A stretch of 64,000 bases of DNA. Origin: Syntrophales bacterium. GTDB taxonomy: Bacteria; Desulfobacterota; Syntrophia; Syntrophales; UBA2210. Within the stretch, counting starts at the first letter, position 1; each line of letters opens with the position of its first letter. Both the position numbers and the translations under genes were made by a program. The notes under the pieces are model-generated. The model was not told where the DNA came from and made no database searches. It worked only from the letters and a program-made list of their open reading frames with translations. The stretch lies in contig CAXXKT010000001.1 in NCBI GenBank assembly GCA_963662405.2, forward strand, positions 352,001 through 416,000. The letters run 5' to 3'. Shown piece after piece: positions 1 through 9,975 of the stretch.

Positions 1-1831
1 ACGACCCGTCTGAAATCCTGACCGTATCGATGGTCGTGGCAAATGCCTTTTTCCCGTCATCGACTTCCTCCACAGCGGATGATGGTGAGGACACGGTTTC
101 AGCCCGTTCCGCGTTATCCTCTTGTGCGAAAACGGCCGTCAGATTCACGGTTCGGTCCGGAAAGATGACAATCTTGGCATACGGTTTGGTCAAGGCAATA
201 TCGGCAACGTGCAATCTATCGGGCGACAGATCAATCTCCATACCACTCAGCACCAGGGATTCCCATTTGAGGAGATCTTCGTTGTGGGTCCTGTCCTCGG
301 CATCGAAACCGTCGACGCGGAACATTCCCCGGTAAAGCAGCGCAGGGGTCTTTTCTCCCGCATTGTTATAACGCACCGTTCCGCCGAGACCCACGGTCCC
401 TTCCACGATGGTGCTCTTCACAAACGGGTCGAGATACGGCTGGAAGTGCTTCAGGGCGATTTTTGAAAGACTCACCGAGCAATCCAGCATCATGGGATCC
501 AGGCAGACGCTACCCTTTATCTCCATCGTACCCGTCCGATTGACGGTCAGACCCAGGTCGATCGAGGACTGCGATCCGGCGCGGCTCGTTACATCTTTGA
601 TATGCAGATCAATCGGGTCGAGAGAGGTGTACACCGGTGTGGCATACATCCGATCTTCAAATGCAATGCCATAATCCTCCAGAGAGAGGTCGCCGATATC
701 GATACGCCATGCCTCCCCTTTCTCTTCTATCACACCTTCCGCACGTGGGTTCGGGCACTCACCCCGTTTCCCGGGCGGAGGAGCGAATACCGTCTGAAGA
801 CTCAGGCTCCCATCCGAATCACGCCAACCGGCGATGGCGGCATGAGCGGAGGTCACGGACCCAATCGAGAGCACCTTCTTTTCGAGGTTGAGTCCCACGT
901 TCCGACAGGCCATCAGGGGGACGGATATGAGCGTTTCCGGCACGCCCTTTTCGCAGAGGGCGACGTCCGTGATCGTCAGGGAGCCGTCTTTCAGGTCGAA
1001 ACGGTCGGTACCCGGGCCGGCCTCAAACACATACCGCAACCCGACATCCATTGATCCTTTCGTTATCTCGAAGTTGACTCGATCCCGCACATACTCCCAC
1101 AGGGTTCGCAATATGACCCCGCGGAGTTCGACCGTTCCCTGTGACCGCAGGGGGTTGATCGACAGATCACCTTTCCATTCTACCTCCCCTCCCCTGCCCA
1201 AATTTGCGACAAATTGGAATACGCCGTCATCGTCCTTCCGGGTACTAAACCCGTCCAGTGAGATTTGAATCGGAAACAGCTGCGCATCAAACGGCTCGGA
1301 CTGCGAAAGGTCTGAAAAGGTAAAACGACCCCGGTCTATCTGCAACCGATGAACCAGTACGGGTGCAATCTGCCCTTCAGGAGGCGTATCACCAGAGGGC
1401 ATCTCGGCGGATTGACCGCCTTCTGCGGGGGCCAAAACCGACCAGTTCAGGGAACCGTCGGGGAGGACCTCCACCAATCCCTCAGGGCCGACAATCCGAA
1501 TGGCGGAAAAGGTGTACGCGCGGTGGAAGAGAGATGAAAGGTCAAAATCAACATACAGCTCTTCAAATCGTGCCAAGGTCTTTTCCCCGGCCTTGACCTC
1601 GCACCCTCCGAGGGTGACGGACAAGGCAAAGGGATTGATCGCCACGTCGGTCAGCGTTGCTGATACCCCGAATGCATCGGAAACGGCGCTTTCCAGCTTC
1701 ACCTTGAGAATCGGAGGCACCACCCACAAGCCCCCGACGGCGTAAAGGATCACGGCCAAGGCGACAATGACGGCTGTTATTGCACTCGCTCGATACCTTG
1801 AGCTCTTCCCTTTCGCGTCATTTCTCGTCAT
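1..1831 (-). CDS. DUF748/AsmA-like domain protein (runs off window start)
   Basis: Not in ORF track; hand translation from ATG 1831 (GAGAGG RBS): MTRNDAKGK...TM...VAINPFALSVTL...FEELYVDFDLSSLFHRAYTF, typical DUF748 N-terminus; only the N-terminal part was translated. Confidence 0.75.
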   Translation of the reverse strand, partial: MTRNDAKGKSSRYRASAITAVIVALAVILYAVGGLWVVPPILKVKLESAVSDAFGVSATLTDVAINPFALSVTLGGCEVKAGEKTLARFEELYVDFDLSSLFHRAYTFSAIRIVGPEGLVEVLPDGSLNWSVLAPAEGGQSAEMPSGDTPPEGQIAPVLVHRLQIDRGRFTFSDLSQSEPFDAQLFPIQISLDGFSTRKDDDGVFQFVANLGRGGEVEWKGDLSINPLRSQGTVELRGVILRTLWEYVRDRVNFEITKGSMDVGLRYVFEAGPGTDRFDLKDGSLTITDVALCEKGVPETLISVPLMACRNVGLNLEKKVLSIGSVTSAHAAIAGWRDSDGSLSLQTVFAPPPGKRGECPNPRAEGVIEEKGEAWRIDIGDLSLEDYGIAFEDRMYATPVYTSLDPIDLHIKDVTSRAGSQSSIDLGLTVNRTGTMEIKGSVCLDPMMLDCSVSLSKIALKHFQPYLDPFVKSTIVEGTVGLGGTVRYNNAGEKTPALLYRGMFRVDGFDAEDRTHNEDLLKWESLVLSGMEIDLSPDRLHVADIALTKPYAKIVIFPDRTVNLTAVFAQEDNAERAETVSSPSSAVEEVDDGKKAFATTIDTVRISDGS

Positions 1832-2261
1832 GCTTAGCCTCTCGTCGATACGGCCGTAGGATATCCTGCGAGACCCGTTGCGGGAGTCGCAAAACTCACA
1901 AGAGGAAGTTTACACCTTTTTAAGATTTGAGACAAGATTCAGCCGTAGGGTGAAAGAGCTGAAGGATACGAGAAGAAACCGTGCCCTTACGGGAAAACTC
2001 GACGAGCAACGGTATCAAGGGCCTCAGCACGACATCCCCTATTCAATTGATGGGCATGGATGGGTCCATGCCTGTGAGCGTATCCAGACCCGAGGATTCC
2101 ACGTAAACTTTCACTGATAGTCTGTATACGAAGGCTGATCGTCCGTTTCAAACCGAACGGGCATGAGGAATAGTCCCTCTATCACAGAGAGGATTGGGCT
2201 TGATAATTCGGCAGTCGGATTGTATAGTGCGGAGACACTGTTTGATATAGAGGAGATGACG

Positions 2262-3560
2262 ATGTACTGGGAAGAAGTAATCGAGACGATGCCAAGGGAA
2301 GAGCTGGAAGGCCTCCAGCTTGAACGATTAAAAAAGAGCGTGGCACAGGCATCCACGTCCATCTTTTACGGGGACCTGTTCAAAAAGATAGGGCTCGACC
2401 CGAAGGAGATCACTTCACTGGAGGATATCAGGAAAATCCCCTTCACCACAAAGGATGATCTTCGAGAACACTGGCCTTACGGTTTTCTAGCCACCTCCAA
2501 GGATGATTTGGTCAGGATGCATTCCTCTTCCGGGACGACCGGGAGGGCAACCGTCATCTTTCATACCCAGCATGACATCGACGAGTGGACAAACATCGTG
2601 GCCCGTTCCATGTACATGACGGGGATGCGCCGGAGCGATGTTTTCCAGAACATGATGACCTATGCCCTCTTCACCGGTGGGCTGGGATTCCACTACGGTG
2701 CAGAGAAGGTGGGAGCACTGGTTATCCCCATCGGCGCAGGGAACAGCAAGCGACAGATACAGCTGATGCAGGATTTCGGGACAACGGTCATACATGTTAT
2801 CCCCAGTTATGCCCTGCACCTCACGGCCGTCTTTGAGGAAGTGGGGGTCGATCCGAGAAGGGATACCCAGCTCGCGGTCGCCTTCCTGGGGGCGGAGCCT
2901 CACTCGGAAAAGACACGGAAAAAGATCGAAGAATTCTACGGCGTCAAGGCCTATAATTCGTATGGACTATCGGAGATGGACGGGCCGGGCGTCGCCTTTG
3001 AATGTCCGTACCAGAACGGAATGCATGTCTGGGAAGACAATTTTATTATGGAGATCATCGACCCTGATACCCTGGAACCCGTCCCGGACGGAGAAGAAGG
3101 TGAGCTCGTCATGACGACCCTCCTACGGGAAGGAATGCCCATCCTGAGATACCGGACGAAGGATCTGACACGAATCATCCCCGGGCCCTGTGAGTGCGGC
3201 AGGGTACACCGGCGGATCGAGCGGATCAAGGGGCGGACGGATGATATGCTGATCCTGAAGGGGGTCAACATCTTCCCCATCCAGATAGAAAAAAAATTGA
3301 TGGATATCCCGGGGGTCGGAACGAACTTCCTGATTATCCTGGAGCGGGACGGTTTCAACGACCTTATGATCGTCAGGGTCGAGGTGGGAAAGGAGTTCTT
3401 CTCCGGCGACCTGAAGCAGCTTGAAACCCTGCGGCGCAGGATCGTCGAAGAGCTCAAAAGTGATATCCTGATAACCCCTAAGGTCGAGTTGGTCGAACCC
3501 GGCTCGCTCCCCAAGAGCGAAGGGAAGGCGGTCCGGGTCATTGACAACAGAGAGGAGTAG
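2262..3560 (+). CDS. paaK: phenylacetate-CoA ligase family protein
   Basis: HSSSGTTG, YGLSE, RYRTKD, GRTDDMLILKGVNIFP motifs; AGGAG RBS at 2251-2255. Confidence 0.85.
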   Translation: MYWEEVIETMPREELEGLQLERLKKSVAQASTSIFYGDLFKKIGLDPKEITSLEDIRKIPFTTKDDLREHWPYGFLATSKDDLVRMHSSSGTTGRATVIFHTQHDIDEWTNIVARSMYMTGMRRSDVFQNMMTYALFTGGLGFHYGAEKVGALVIPIGAGNSKRQIQLMQDFGTTVIHVIPSYALHLTAVFEEVGVDPRRDTQLAVAFLGAEPHSEKTRKKIEEFYGVKAYNSYGLSEMDGPGVAFECPYQNGMHVWEDNFIMEIIDPDTLEPVPDGEEGELVMTTLLREGMPILRYRTKDLTRIIPGPCECGRVHRRIERIKGRTDDMLILKGVNIFPIQIEKKLMDIPGVGTNFLIILERDGFNDLMIVRVEVGKEFFSGDLKQLETLRRRIVEELKSDILITPKVELVEPGSLPKSEGKAVRVIDNREE

Positions 3561-3564
3561 AGTG

Positions 3565-4020
3565 ATGACTGCCTATCAACTTTCCATATTCGCGGAGAAC
3601 AAACCGGGCAGGCTGGCAAAGGTGACCCGCATCCTGAGAAAGGGAAAGATCAACATACGCGCCATCACTATCGCCACCTCGGATGCGTTCGGGGTAATCA
3701 ACGCCCTGGTGGATGACCCGGAGCAGGCGCGTGCTCTCCTGGAAGAGGGGGGACTGACCGTGAGCCTGAAGGAGGTGATCGCGGTTGTGATCGAGGATAA
3801 GCCGGGAGGACTCGACCGGCTGATCCAGTTTCTCTTGGATAAGGAAATTAATGTCGAGAACGCCTATGGGTTTGTCCTGGAGAGCAGAGAAAAAGCGGTC
3901 TTCGTGATTGATGTCGACCAGTTGGACAAGACCCAGACGGTTCTGAAAGAGGCGGGGTTCGAGACGCTGGATGCCGCAACCCTTTCTGCCATAGAGCCTT
4001 TTCACTATATGAACTACTAA
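3565..4020 (+). CDS. tandem ACT-domain protein
   Basis: QLSIFAENKPGRL and EDKPGGL repeats; usual paaK neighbour. Confidence 0.85.
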   Translation: MTAYQLSIFAENKPGRLAKVTRILRKGKINIRAITIATSDAFGVINALVDDPEQARALLEEGGLTVSLKEVIAVVIEDKPGGLDRLIQFLLDKEINVENAYGFVLESREKAVFVIDVDQLDKTQTVLKEAGFETLDAATLSAIEPFHYMNY

Positions 4021-4074
4021 CCGGTAACAAAACGCCCCCATGTCGAAACGGTCATTAGGGGGGAAAGGACAATC

Positions 4075-4509
4075 GTGGCACACGAAGATGCGGGGCACTA
4101 TGCCGCCAAGCATGCGGAGGGGATCAGGCCTGATCCCGCAATTAGTCAGGCCCTGGAGCAGTTTGTTGCGGAAGGTACCGTCTCATGTGCCGTTCTCCAC
4201 AGGATTGCGAATGATCTAGGCGTTCCGCCCGCCGAGGTGGGGAGGGCAGCCGATCTGATGGAAATTCGGTTGGCCAGATGTCAAATGGGTCTCTTCGGAT
4301 ATACGCCTGAGGGGAGAATTGTCAAACCCGCCGATACGGTTTCACCTGAACTGAAAGCCGCCATACGGATTGCTGTGGTCGATGGGAAGGTCCCCTGCCG
4401 ATCATCCTGGGAAATCGCAAAGCGATTCGGGATCGCCAAGATGAACGTAGCCTGCGCCTGTGAAGCGCTTCATATCAAGATATCTTCCTGCCAGTTGGGC
4501 GCGTTTTAA
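4075..4509 (+). CDS. conserved hypothetical protein, two internal Cys-containing repeats
   Basis: Repeats end in CQMGLF and CQLGAF. Confidence 0.7.
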   Translation: MAHEDAGHYAAKHAEGIRPDPAISQALEQFVAEGTVSCAVLHRIANDLGVPPAEVGRAADLMEIRLARCQMGLFGYTPEGRIVKPADTVSPELKAAIRIAVVDGKVPCRSSWEIAKRFGIAKMNVACACEALHIKISSCQLGAF

Positions 4510-5222
4510 CCGTTTCGTTCATCCCGGGTATAGCTGTTTATAATCTTCAGGATGGTGCGGGCGTTTTTACGCGCACCCTCGATAATCGTTTCCACCGCCA
4601 GGGGTTTATCGACGAGGCCGTGAGCGTAATTATCCACGGAGCAAATCGCTGCGTAGGAAAGCCCCATCTCATCCGCAATCGTCGCCTCGCTCGCCATCGT
4701 CATCCCGATGATATCGGCGAACTGAGACATCAGCCGTATTTCGGCCCGTGTCTCCAGCCGGGGCCCCGATGTCTGCCAGTACACTCCCTTCTCGTATGCG
4801 GGGATTCCCAACCGCCCGGCGGTATGAATCAACATCTGCCTGAGCGGTTCGTTCAGGGAAGGAGTAATATGAGCAACCTTGTCGTGAAAGATGGTGGGTA
4901 CGCCGGAAAGAGAAATATAATCATCCGGTATCACGATCATCCCCGGTACTATGTTGCTCTTCAGTGACCCCGTGGAGTTAATCCCGATGATCTCCTCTGC
5001 ACCCACGTCCCGGAGCGCTGCAAGATTCGCCTGATGATTGATTCGGTGGGGGGGAATGCTGTGCTGTACTTCCATCCCATGTCGCGGGATAAAAACGATC
5101 GCCTCCGAGATGAAGACCAGGGCGCTCCCGAATCGGGTCTCCACGTTGGTCTCTCGCAGGTCCGAGAAAACATCCTCTCCCTGAAGCGGAATGGTGCCGG
5201 AGATGATGCCCACCGGTTTCAT
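4506..5222 (-). CDS. MTAP-family purine nucleoside phosphorylase
   Basis: PRHG, PPHRINHQAN, GPRLETRAE, GMT, VDNYAHG motifs. Confidence 0.9.
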   Translation of the reverse strand: MKPVGIISGTIPLQGEDVFSDLRETNVETRFGSALVFISEAIVFIPRHGMEVQHSIPPHRINHQANLAALRDVGAEEIIGINSTGSLKSNIVPGMIVIPDDYISLSGVPTIFHDKVAHITPSLNEPLRQMLIHTAGRLGIPAYEKGVYWQTSGPRLETRAEIRLMSQFADIIGMTMASEATIADEMGLSYAAICSVDNYAHGLVDKPLAVETIIEGARKNARTILKIINSYTRDERNG

Positions 5223-5278
5223 GACGGTTTCCCCTCTTCCATATGACCCCGGATCAATACGGGCCGAAACTTGTCGTG

Positions 5279-5366
5279 TTTGTACCAGATTCCATACCCC
5301 CTGTCAAAACGCTTAAGAGACGAGAATGAAATATTGTTTGACATTCAGGAAACGACCCACTACATT
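5279..5366. promoter_or_regulatory. back-to-back sigma70-type promoters (MTAP on -, trxA on +)
   Basis: +: TTGACA 5338-5343, 17 bp, TACATT 5361-5366; -: TTGACA 5307-5302, 17 bp, TACAAA 5284-5279. Confidence 0.6.
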
Positions 5367-5397
5367 GGCCGGGAAGAATATGCTGCAGGAGCACGAC

Positions 5398-5733
5398 ATG
5401 GCGGAAAAGGAATTGCTGTTATATGTCAGTGACGAAAGTTTTCAGGGGGTTATTGAGAATAAAGGCTCGGTCCTCGTGGATTTCTGGGCTCCGTGGTGCG
5501 GCCCTTGTCTTGCCATGGCACCTGCCATTGAAGAGCTTGCGACGGAGTATAAGGGGCGGGTGAAGGTCGCAAAGCTCAATGTCGATGAAAGTCCCGCTAC
5601 TGCCGAAAAGTATGGAATCAAGGGCATTCCGACCATTCTCTTTTTTAAGGACGGCAAGCTGGTCGATACCCTGACCGGCCTTATGCCAAAGGATCGTTTG
5701 GAAAAATCCCTCAAAATGGTGCTACAGGTATGA
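5398..5733 (+). CDS. trxA: thioredoxin
   Basis: DFWAPWCGPC active site. Confidence 0.95.
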   Translation: MAEKELLLYVSDESFQGVIENKGSVLVDFWAPWCGPCLAMAPAIEELATEYKGRVKVAKLNVDESPATAEKYGIKGIPTILFFKDGKLVDTLTGLMPKDRLEKSLKMVLQV

Positions 5734-6413
5734 AACATCGGATTATCATTCTCATGGCCGTCTGTGTGAGTCTCCTTGCCGGGTGCCTGCCATGGTGGGA
5801 GAGAGGTGCATCAAGGCCGAACACACCCGAAGCCCTGTACGCACAAGGGCAGGAGGCATATCGGGACAGAGATTACGAGAAAGCGATCGAGCACTTCCAA
5901 CGGCTCGCGGAAGAATATCCCCTCAACCCGTATGCGATCCCCGCCGAGCTGGGGGTGGCAGACTCGTATTTCAGCGATGAAGACTACGTCTCCGCGGAAG
6001 CCAACTATTCCGATTTTATGGAATTTCACCCAACCAACGAGAATCTCCCTTACGTCATGTATCAGATAGGACTATGCCACTATAGGCAGATGTCCGAAAT
6101 CGATCGGGATCAGACGGAAACCCGGCTGGCTGAGCAATCATTTCAGAAGCTGATTGCGCGGTTTCCCAGCAGCAAATTTTCCTTTCTGGCTGAGGAAAAA
6201 CTGCAGGCATGCAGGCGGAAGATTGGTGAGCATGAGTTTTATGTGGGACGGTTTTACTTCAGTAGCGGAGAATATCGGGCTGCACTGGACCGATTTCAGG
6301 GCATCGAAGAAAAATATCGTGGTTTGGGAATGGATTACAAGACGGGATATTTCATTCGTGAGACAAAGAAACGTCTCGCGATCAACGACCGGAAAAACAA
6401 CGGCCAGGAGTAG
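5730..6413 (+). CDS. bamD: outer membrane assembly lipoprotein BamD
   Basis: Lipobox LAGC, TPRs, DRDQT and HEFYVGRFY motifs. Confidence 0.9.
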   Translation: MKHRIIILMAVCVSLLAGCLPWWERGASRPNTPEALYAQGQEAYRDRDYEKAIEHFQRLAEEYPLNPYAIPAELGVADSYFSDEDYVSAEANYSDFMEFHPTNENLPYVMYQIGLCHYRQMSEIDRDQTETRLAEQSFQKLIARFPSSKFSFLAEEKLQACRRKIGEHEFYVGRFYFSSGEYRAALDRFQGIEEKYRGLGMDYKTGYFIRETKKRLAINDRKNNGQE

Positions 6414-6625
6414 GGAAACGGGATAACACCCGCACGGGCGTTTTCTGTCCCCATTGCTCCCGGGGGGAGCAGGACAGGAAGGTCTTCCTTTCCGGTACCT
6501 GATTCTTCCAAAAAAGAAAATACAGGGGCCCCTGCTGATACCGCTGTTTTAAGGATGAGTTACAAAAAGCCACCCATACCCTCTTCTGTAGCGACACACC
6601 CTGATTATCAAGGAGAAACAACACG

Positions 6626-7642
6626 ATGACCCATCTCAATCTCGTTGCATCAATGTCGGAACCGACATTTTATCCCCACCGGCCGGATACGGTGGAGGTG
6701 ATCCAGACCCACATATCCTTCATCTTCATTGCCGGGGATCAGGTATACAAGATCAAGAAAGCGGTCGATTTCGGCTTTCTTGATTTCACCACCCGTTCGA
6801 AAAGGAAGTATTACTGCGAACAGGAAGTGGTCCTGAATCGGCGGTTCGCCCCCGGTGTCTATATCGATGTAGTGACCATCACCCAGAACGGAGAGGGGAA
6901 GCTCGGGATCGGTGGAGAAGGATCCATTGTTGAGTATGCCGTCAAGATGAAACGGATTCCCGAGGAGCGGATGCTGTATCGCCTCATGGAAGCGGGAAAG
7001 GTGACGGAGGATGACGTAAGGCGCGTGGGCCGATACCTTGCCCAAGCCTACGGGAATATCCCGAGCGATGAAAAGGCACGCGCCTTCGGAACGGGTGAGG
7101 TTATTGCCGCCAATGTGCTGGAAAATTTCGAGCAGACAGGGCAGTACCGCGGGGGACCGGTGAACGCGACCGTATTCGATACCATCGAGGCATGGAGTCG
7201 GTCGTTCATTGAGAAAAACGGATCACTCTTTGCTGTCCGGGAGAAGGAAGGGAACATCAAGGACTGTCACGGCGATCTCCACCTCCAGCATATCTGTATC
7301 GACGGTGATGCGATCTCCATCTTTGACTGTATCGAGTTTAATGAACGGTTTCGGTTCGGGGACGTCGCATCGGATGTTGCCTTTCTCTCGATGGACTTCG
7401 ATTTCAACGGGAGAGAAGATCTGGGTCATATCTTTGTAGATGCCTACATGGTCGAATCGGGGGATACCTTACTGCTCGATGTCCTGAAGTTTTACAAGGT
7501 GTACCGCGCCATGGTCAGGGCGAAGGTAACCTCCTTCATGCTGGACGACAACACCCTCGATCCCGCAGTTCGAGAGGAGGTATTCCGGAAGGCCGAACGG
7601 TATTACCATCTAGCCCATACCTATGTGACTCATGAAGATTGA
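6626..7642 (+). CDS. aminoglycoside-phosphotransferase-like kinase (COG2187-type N-terminal module)
   Basis: QTHIS, KIKKAVDFGFLDFTT, CHGDLHL, FDCIEFN, DVAFLSMD. Confidence 0.85.
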   Translation: MTHLNLVASMSEPTFYPHRPDTVEVIQTHISFIFIAGDQVYKIKKAVDFGFLDFTTRSKRKYYCEQEVVLNRRFAPGVYIDVVTITQNGEGKLGIGGEGSIVEYAVKMKRIPEERMLYRLMEAGKVTEDDVRRVGRYLAQAYGNIPSDEKARAFGTGEVIAANVLENFEQTGQYRGGPVNATVFDTIEAWSRSFIEKNGSLFAVREKEGNIKDCHGDLHLQHICIDGDAISIFDCIEFNERFRFGDVASDVAFLSMDFDFNGREDLGHIFVDAYMVESGDTLLLDVLKFYKVYRAMVRAKVTSFMLDDNTLDPAVREEVFRKAERYYHLAHTYVTHED

Positions 7643-8513
7643 TCTCCACATACACTCGAAAAACGGATCCGACGGCAGGTGGACGCTCGATGATATCTTT
7701 GCCGAGGCTTCCCGGCGCGGGATCGCTTTCATGTCGATCACCGATCACGATGCGATCCACTGCCAGGATGAGGCGGTGGCGCTCGCCCGACGATACGGGA
7801 TCACCTATCTCCCCGGTGTCGAGCTCAATGTGACCTTTTCTCACCCGGGATACAAAGAGGGGAAGGAGATATCCCTCGATTTTCTGGGGTACGGGTATGA
7901 TATTCACGACGAATCATTAGGGGAAAGACTCCGGGAGATGCGAGACTTCAGGGAAAAGCGTGCCCGGCAGATCCTGGAGAAGATCAACTATCAATTTCAG
8001 AAAGAGGGGCGGAGGCCCTTTACCGAGCGGGACATGGAGGCGATACAGGCGAGCGTCGACGGATCGTTCGGCCGTCCGCACATCGCCGACTATATGATCG
8101 GGAAGGGCATCGTGCAGGACAAGCGGGAGGCCTTTCAGAAATATCTGGTCAGGTGTGATGTCCCGAAGTTACCGCTGAAGCTGGAGGAGGCATCCGCGCT
8201 GATCCGCTCCGCAAGGGGGAAACTCGTCCTTGCCCATCCCTCAGATCCCAACGGCACCTCCCTCGCGATGCTGACCGAATCGGTTGCTCAGCAGCATGCC
8301 ATCATCCGGGAGGTCATGCTGCCGTATCTGGACGGGGTGGAATGTTGGCATTCACGCCACAGTGCGCGCGCCGTCGAGGCCTACCGTGCCTTTGCACAAA
8401 AAGAGAAACTGATCGTAACGGGTGGATCCGACTGCCATCAGCAGCCCGTGATAATGGGGACCGTCGAGATCCCCGACTATGTGGCGGAACAGTTTCAGGA
8501 ACTGAAAGACTGA
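7632..8513 (+). CDS. PHP-domain phosphoesterase (YciV/TrpH-like)
   Basis: DLHIHS..SDG, ITDHD, GVE, GRPHIA, LAHP, GGSDCH. Confidence 0.9.
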   Translation: MKIDLHIHSKNGSDGRWTLDDIFAEASRRGIAFMSITDHDAIHCQDEAVALARRYGITYLPGVELNVTFSHPGYKEGKEISLDFLGYGYDIHDESLGERLREMRDFREKRARQILEKINYQFQKEGRRPFTERDMEAIQASVDGSFGRPHIADYMIGKGIVQDKREAFQKYLVRCDVPKLPLKLEEASALIRSARGKLVLAHPSDPNGTSLAMLTESVAQQHAIIREVMLPYLDGVECWHSRHSARAVEAYRAFAQKEKLIVTGGSDCHQQPVIMGTVEIPDYVAEQFQELKD

Positions 8514-8532
8514 GTCGAGGAGGGGTCGTTTC

Positions 8533-9135
8533 ATGCGGGTACCGTTCAAAGAATATGTTACTGCTGCTATCGGGGAGGGTGCCGTCCTGATCGCCTGCGG
8601 CCTGCCTGCCACGAACAAAACGGAGAGTACCGAAGTGGTCGCACGCCTGAAGGGATACCAGATGCTCCGGACGGACCTGATCCGCCGCGAGGTCCTGAAG
8701 GGGGAGGATATCTTCGACGAGAGGGTGGCTTCTAATATGGACAAGAGGACACTCGTCTACGACACGATGTTTTCCCTGGCCAACGATTTCTCGGCGCAGG
8801 GAAAGGGCGTCATCCTCGATGCCACATTCATCACCCAGTCTCTCAGGCTCAGGGCCGCCGCCGTGGCTGCACGAAACAGAAAGACCTTTATTATACAGCA
8901 GACGCACTGCCCGGAGGCCTATTCACTCGACAAGATCTCCAAGCGGAGCAAAGAGAACTACGAGTCCAACGCCCTGACGGAGCAGGCCTATCTGAACAAC
9001 AAGGACCGATTCGAACCGGTTGATCTTGACGACCTTAAAAAACGATATCCCGACCTGAAAATCGTCCATTTAACGATTGACACGGCCTCCGATTCGGAGG
9101 ATGAGTGGTTCGTGATCGGGGCGGTTGAACGATAA
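8533..9135 (+). CDS. AAA_33-type P-loop kinase (COG0645-type module)
   Basis: Variant P-loop GLPATNKT, LRTDLIRRE, VILDATF. Confidence 0.8.
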   Translation: MRVPFKEYVTAAIGEGAVLIACGLPATNKTESTEVVARLKGYQMLRTDLIRREVLKGEDIFDERVASNMDKRTLVYDTMFSLANDFSAQGKGVILDATFITQSLRLRAAAVAARNRKTFIIQQTHCPEAYSLDKISKRSKENYESNALTEQAYLNNKDRFEPVDLDDLKKRYPDLKIVHLTIDTASDSEDEWFVIGAVER

Positions 9136-9163
9136 CCTCCACCTACACCGGGCACCTCTGTCC

Positions 9164-9946
9164 TTATGGTGACGTATCGGTGATCCCGATTATCTCGGCA
9201 CGACGGTTCGCAGCCCGTCCTTCTTCGGTATCGTTCGATGCAACCGGCACCTCTTCACCAAAGGCCCTGACAATGATTCTCCGGGGAGCAATCCCCGCCT
9301 GTTCCGTCAGGAACATCTTGACGGCGGTTGCCCGTCTCCATGAAAGGCTCTGATTGTACTCGTGCGTACCCGTGCTGTCCGCATGGCCCTCTATTACGAC
9401 AGAGCGGGATTTAGCCCGAATTGCCGCCCCTATCGTTTCCAGGAGCGGGCAGTACGATGGCTCGATATCAGCCCTGTCATGATGAAAATAGATTGTCGGC
9501 GGGCGTGCCGAACCCCCTTCGTCACCTCCGTCCCCTGCCGTCCTCTCAAGCCACGCACCAGCCCGGGGATGTCCCAGGGCGACGGCGGTCTCCATATCTC
9601 TTCGTCCCTGCTCGTTGTTGATAAGGAAATAATTGACGGTACCTCGCTGGTAATAGGCCTCTGCATGGGTGGGGGCATGGCGCACCGCCTCGGTGAGATC
9701 GGCAAGCGCCTCCACACAGTTGGTCTTTTTTTCCGCAAAGCGGGCGACGCCCCGCTTCAGATAGGCATCGGCGCGATCAGGATCAAGCTCTATCGCCTTT
9801 GAATAGGCCTTAACAGCCTCGGCATACACCCCCCGTCGATCGAGGCTTTCCCCCCGTTCGACCCACGAAGCCGCCGTCTGTGCGGCTGAAGGGTGCCCCG
9901 CCGCCAGGATGATTCCTATGAACACGAAAAAGCGTAGTTTCTTCAT
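9164..9946 (-). CDS. TPR + OmpA C-terminal domain protein
   Basis: Signal peptide, TPRs, IEGHADSTG..YNQSLSWRRA, GRAANRR. Confidence 0.9.
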   Translation of the reverse strand: MKKLRFFVFIGIILAAGHPSAAQTAASWVERGESLDRRGVYAEAVKAYSKAIELDPDRADAYLKRGVARFAEKKTNCVEALADLTEAVRHAPTHAEAYYQRGTVNYFLINNEQGRRDMETAVALGHPRAGAWLERTAGDGGDEGGSARPPTIYFHHDRADIEPSYCPLLETIGAAIRAKSRSVVIEGHADSTGTHEYNQSLSWRRATAVKMFLTEQAGIAPRRIIVRAFGEEVPVASNDTEEGRAANRRAEIIGITDTSP

Positions 9947-9975
9947 GTATCACCCCCGTAATGGATCAGTTCTTT

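Noticed and set aside
30..1745. Several short plus-strand ORFs
   Set aside because: All lie opposite the DUF748 gene
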